Sequence record: PZ445465.1
Reading direction: 5' to 3' (one strand)
Source: a phage
DNA length: 46,037 nt
Position 1 is the first letter of the stretch. Each line of letters begins with the position of its first letter. The translations under genes and the position numbers were made by a program. The notes under the pieces were generated by a model. That model saw only the letters and a list, made by a program, of their open reading frames with translations, was not told the DNA's origin and did no database searches. Shown here piece after piece: positions 43,337 to 46,037 of this stretch.

Positions 43337-43522
43337 ATGAACAAAGAAAGCACGTACAGCATCGACCAGATGAAGTTGTTCAGCGATATATGCATGGCAT
43401 TGTCACAACAGGTTCCAAGTCTACCTGCTGATATGCGCTCAAATGCCATCATTGATGCGGCAAACATGATTTGTGAGGCATATGCTATGACTGAAGATGA
43501 ATATAAGGCATCGAAGAAATGA
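43337..43522 (+). CDS. hypothetical protein (61 aa)
   Basis: ATG 43337 with GAGGG RBS. Confidence 0.5.
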   Translation: MNKESTYSIDQMKLFSDICMALSQQVPSLPADMRSNAIIDAANMICEAYAMTEDEYKASKK

Positions 43523-43614
43523 CAGGCGCAGCATTCGAGCTTATCTCCAGTCTGGTTATCGTGGCATTCATCATTATCGCAGTGGCGGTTTCTAAATCAG
43601 GGTATAAGGAGTAA
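43519..43614 (+). CDS. small hydrophobic peptide (31 aa)
   Basis: unlisted ORF with ATGA overlap; single hydrophobic helix. Confidence 0.3.
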   Translation: MTGAAFELISSLVIVAFIIIAVAVSKSGYKE

Positions 43615-43617
43615 CAA

Positions 43618-43800
43618 ATGGCAAAGACTATCTATCGTCGCGAGAAACTGGAGCCTGAACTCGGTCACGTTGGCGCGCAAAACTTTATGAGCAAGCAGGC
43701 ACGCAATGCAATGGAATCTATACGCGTGAATCGCGTTGTGCGCGTGTTTAACGGTGAAGGTAAGCGAAGAGTAATGGATGAACTGATTATCGTATTTTGA
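43618..43800 (+). CDS. hypothetical protein (60 aa)
   Basis: AAGGAG RBS 6 nt upstream of ATG 43618. Confidence 0.5.
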   Translation: MAKTIYRREKLEPELGHVGAQNFMSKQARNAMESIRVNRVVRVFNGEGKRRVMDELIIVF

Positions 43801-43836
43801 CATCGATTCAGCAGGCTTATTTCTAATGGTGATGAT

Positions 43837-44064
43837 ATGGAAAAAGTAAAAACATACGAGTTCTGGTTTGTGCAGAACAAAATGTATGCAAGCAGGACAA
43901 TCAAGAGAGTCAGCTGGTGGAATAAGTGGTTAATCCTCTCCGGCTGCATCGTGCTGGCAAAGTGCAAATTCAAAGCGATTGACATCACTGATGAAAACGC
44001 ACTCAAAATCGCAAAGATTGTGTTTGAAGAGGATGGCTATTACGAAGAAATTATGGGGGGTTAG
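43837..44064 (+). CDS. hypothetical protein (75 aa)
   Basis: ATG 43837; internal hydrophobic segment. Confidence 0.4.
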   Translation: MEKVKTYEFWFVQNKMYASRTIKRVSWWNKWLILSGCIVLAKCKFKAIDITDENALKIAKIVFEEDGYYEEIMGG

Positions 44065-44067
44065 GGT

Positions 44068-44349
44068 ATGAGTGAAGTTAAAACGTATGCAGTAAACTGC
44101 AACGACGCGTGGCTTAATACAGATGGTGATGACATCTCTGGCTCATATGTTAAGTATGCTGATTACGCAGCTCTTCAAGCTAAATGCGATGAGCTACTTA
44201 AAGAAATTAAAAACATGCAGGACCAAGCCCTTGATGATGGATGCCGAATTACAGAGCTTGAAGAAGCCTTGCAAGATAAGCAGGCACTAATTCCTGATGA
44301 GCACGACACCACCGCTCTGCAATTCGAAAGCCTGGCTAAAAGTGAATAG
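44068..44349 (+). CDS. hypothetical acidic protein (93 aa)
   Basis: ATG 44068 after a GGGGG RBS. Confidence 0.5.
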   Translation: MSEVKTYAVNCNDAWLNTDGDDISGSYVKYADYAALQAKCDELLKEIKNMQDQALDDGCRITELEEALQDKQALIPDEHDTTALQFESLAKSE

Positions 44350-44412
44350 CCACCCATTCATATTAATTATCAGTGCGCTCTATGTGGCGCACGCTTTAGT
44401 GGAGGAATACAT

Positions 44413-44520
44413 ATGACCAGACACCAACGACGAAAGCACACCACTGGCGCTAAAATATTTCTTGCTGTTTATGTGCTGGCATTGGTAGCAGCTATCGCAG
44501 GAGTAGTGCATTATGTTTAA
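44413..44520 (+). CDS. small membrane peptide (35 aa)
   Basis: unlisted ORF with GGAGG RBS; basic N-terminus then a TM helix. Confidence 0.3.
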   Translation: MTRHQRRKHTTGAKIFLAVYVLALVAAIAGVVHYV

Positions 44521-44692
44521 CGATATCAGTGACGCAATGCAAAACATGTGGGAACGATACTGGAACAGCATGAAGACGTGTCACTACATGATGGTACAGA
44601 TAGGTAATTACATTGAGGTTGTGCCTGATACTGGTGTTCACAACATTAAGTGCATGTGTTCTACGAGGGCTTTTGCGAATGCAAACAACTAA
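44513..44692 (+). CDS. hypothetical small protein (59 aa)
   Basis: unlisted ORF with AGGAG RBS 8 nt upstream. Confidence 0.3.
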   Translation: MFNDISDAMQNMWERYWNSMKTCHYMMVQIGNYIEVVPDTGVHNIKCMCSTRAFANANN

Positions 44693-44846
44693 GCATAAAG
44701 TCTGGCAACTCGCCAAACAACACGAATTAGACGATTTCATCGCGAAGGTTGCAAAGACATTCCCTGACGCGCTTGAAGTCGTTCATGTGCAGACGCGAAA
44801 TGAAAATGCATGGTGCTACACAAAAAATCATACAAATGGTAGATGA
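44679..44846 (+). CDS. hypothetical small protein (55 aa)
   Basis: in-frame ATG inside track ORF 44613..44846; weak RBS. Confidence 0.25.
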   Translation: MQTTKHKVWQLAKQHELDDFIAKVAKTFPDALEVVHVQTRNENAWCYTKNHTNGR

Positions 44847-45273
44847 AATGAAGCTAACAAAAAAACAACGCGAAGAGCTACGCATGAAGTTCGGTGGTCG
44901 CTGTGCTTATTGTGGGTGTGAGCTACCCGAGAAAGGTTGGCATGCAGACCATGTTGAACCAGTGCTACGTAAATCTGAACAGTGCATGAAGGCAGCGGCG
45001 AAAGGGATTTTCAAGCTGAAGGCAACCGGTGAGCTATATCGACCAGAAGCCGAGCGACTGGAAAACCTTTACCCTGCGTGCGCCCCCTGCAATCTGATGA
45101 AAACTTCCTATTCCCTGGAAATGTTCAGGAAGCAGGTATCTCTTCAGGTTGCTCGTGGGCGCAAAAGCAGCATGAATTTCCGCACTGCAGAGCGTTTCGG
45201 TCTTATCGCCGTGGTGGAGAAACCAGTTGTTTTCTGGTTTGAGAAATACCAGGAAGAGAACGAAAAAAAATAA
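44836..45273 (+). CDS. HNH endonuclease (packaging-associated, putative)
   Basis: CAYCGCEL...HADHVEP...CAPCNLMK: zinc-finger HNH core; start uncertain (ATG 44836 or 44848); directly upstream of terS. Confidence 0.65.
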   Translation: MVDEMKLTKKQREELRMKFGGRCAYCGCELPEKGWHADHVEPVLRKSEQCMKAAAKGIFKLKATGELYRPEAERLENLYPACAPCNLMKTSYSLEMFRKQVSLQVARGRKSSMNFRTAERFGLIAVVEKPVVFWFEKYQEENEKK

Positions 45274-45371
45274 ATGTGTTTATGATGCTCTGTTGGCAAG
45301 CGCGATAATGATGGTGTACAATAAACGCATAACCACCATTGCTTTCACTCATATCATCACCCAACCTTTAA

Positions 45372-45404
45372 TCCGCCTTGTGCGGGTTCTTTTTTATCTA
45401 CGTC
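45372..45404 (+). promoter_or_regulatory. weak terminator-like hairpin followed by TTATCTACGTC motif upstream of terS
   Basis: CCGC-CTTGT-GCGG plus T-run (45373-45395); motif at 45394-45404. Confidence 0.3.
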
Positions 45405-45453
45405 TATGTGTTAAAATTAGCGTATGTGAGTTACTCAAAGAACACAAAAAGAC

Positions 45454-45897
45454 ATGGCGAATCCAAATCCAAAACACAAGTTTTCCTCTACAAATCAACC
45501 GCCTCCGCGCGGTAAGAGTTATCGCACAGTGCTGCTTGAGGCGCTTCGTGCTGCAAATACACCGATGAATGAGATTGAATTCGTCACGTATTACATCAAT
45601 AGGGCCATGACATGCGAAGACGCTCAGGCAACTGGTATGCTTCGAGAGATATTCCTGCGGCTCAACCCAATTCCTAAGCCTGTAGCTCCTCCTGTGGAGT
45701 TTGACTTCCCTGCTGACGGAACTCCGGTTCAGAAAATGGATGCAATCATCAAGGGTGTATCCACTGGCGTTGTGCCTGCTGACATAGGCAAGATGATGGC
45801 TGACATTATCAAGTCTGGCCTTGATATTCAGGAAATCACCGAACTCGCCGCGCGACTTGAGCGACTGGAGAAATTACTGGAGCAGCAGAATGCGTGA
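45454..45897 (+). CDS. terS: terminase small subunit (putative)
   Basis: 147 aa with basic Pro-rich N-terminus (NPNPKHKF...PPPRGK) and coiled-coil C-terminus; lies between HNH and terL across the junction. Confidence 0.5.
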   Translation: MANPNPKHKFSSTNQPPPRGKSYRTVLLEALRAANTPMNEIEFVTYYINRAMTCEDAQATGMLREIFLRLNPIPKPVAPPVEFDFPADGTPVQKMDAIIKGVSTGVVPADIGKMMADIIKSGLDIQEITELAARLERLEKLLEQQNA

Positions 45898-46037
45898 TGT
45901 TGTTACGTGGTGCTTTGTGGCATCTATCGCTATGAGCATGATCAGCGTCATTACGCCATCGGGAGATTTTGCTGGAAGCATATTCGGTTTTATGTTCCGG
46001 ATATCAGGATTGGTTATCGCTTGGGGGCGGATTCGAT
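45890..46037 (+). CDS. partial ORF, hydrophobic, truncated at the window end
   Basis: ATG 45890 overlapping the terS end; runs off the window; if joined to position 1 it would stop at nt 9-11. Confidence 0.3.
   Translation, partial: MRDVVTWCFVASIAMSMISVITPSGDFAGSIFGFMFRISGLVIAWGRIR

Noticed and set aside
45227-45568. 113-aa plus-strand ORF spanning the HNH end, intergenic region and terS start
   Set aside because: It crosses a terminator-like hairpin and promoter motif and is out of frame with the better-supported HNH and terS ORFs.

Overview
The window reads as a complete, roughly 46 kb genome of a tailed dsDNA phage with siphovirus-type module order, written starting at the terminase large subunit. 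The last 15 nt carry a ribosome-binding site for the ATG at position 1, and an ORF runs across the end-to-start junction, so the sequence is probably circularly closed. No integrase, repressor, tRNA or CRISPR array was recognised, so it is probably virulent. An enterobacterial host is inferred from a lambda R-type endolysin, embedded Rz/Rz1 spanins, a Lar-like protein and a fragment strikingly similar to E. coli DnaN. Layout: packaging (terS 45454-45897, HNH 44836-45273, terL 1-1425); small early genes (1502-3095); portal and head (3144-5487, 12489-15682); lysis (6947-8387); small plus-strand early genes including Lar (9777-12294); a leftward early operon with two acidic proteins, ParB-like protein, C5-cytosine methyltransferase and a miniaturised DnaN-like protein (15714-18485); head-tail joining and tail genes (18602-33418) ending in a beta-helix tailspike; a leftward DNA-metabolism module (33460-42749: SSB, ATPase, exonuclease, HNH, VRR-NUC, SF2 helicase, divergent primase, ASCH). 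Accessory leftward cassettes sit at 5572-6859, 8412-9677 and 22518-23441. The most notable observations are the DnaN-like mini-clamp, an AT-rich TTTACCGG iteron array (candidate origin), a recurring promoter-associated motif family around the core TCTACGTC, a GH24 endolysin remnant beside the intact endolysin, and a ~0.65 kb low-coding region with a perfect 13-bp inverted repeat. All calls rest on reading the sequence and recalled family motifs; no database search was run.
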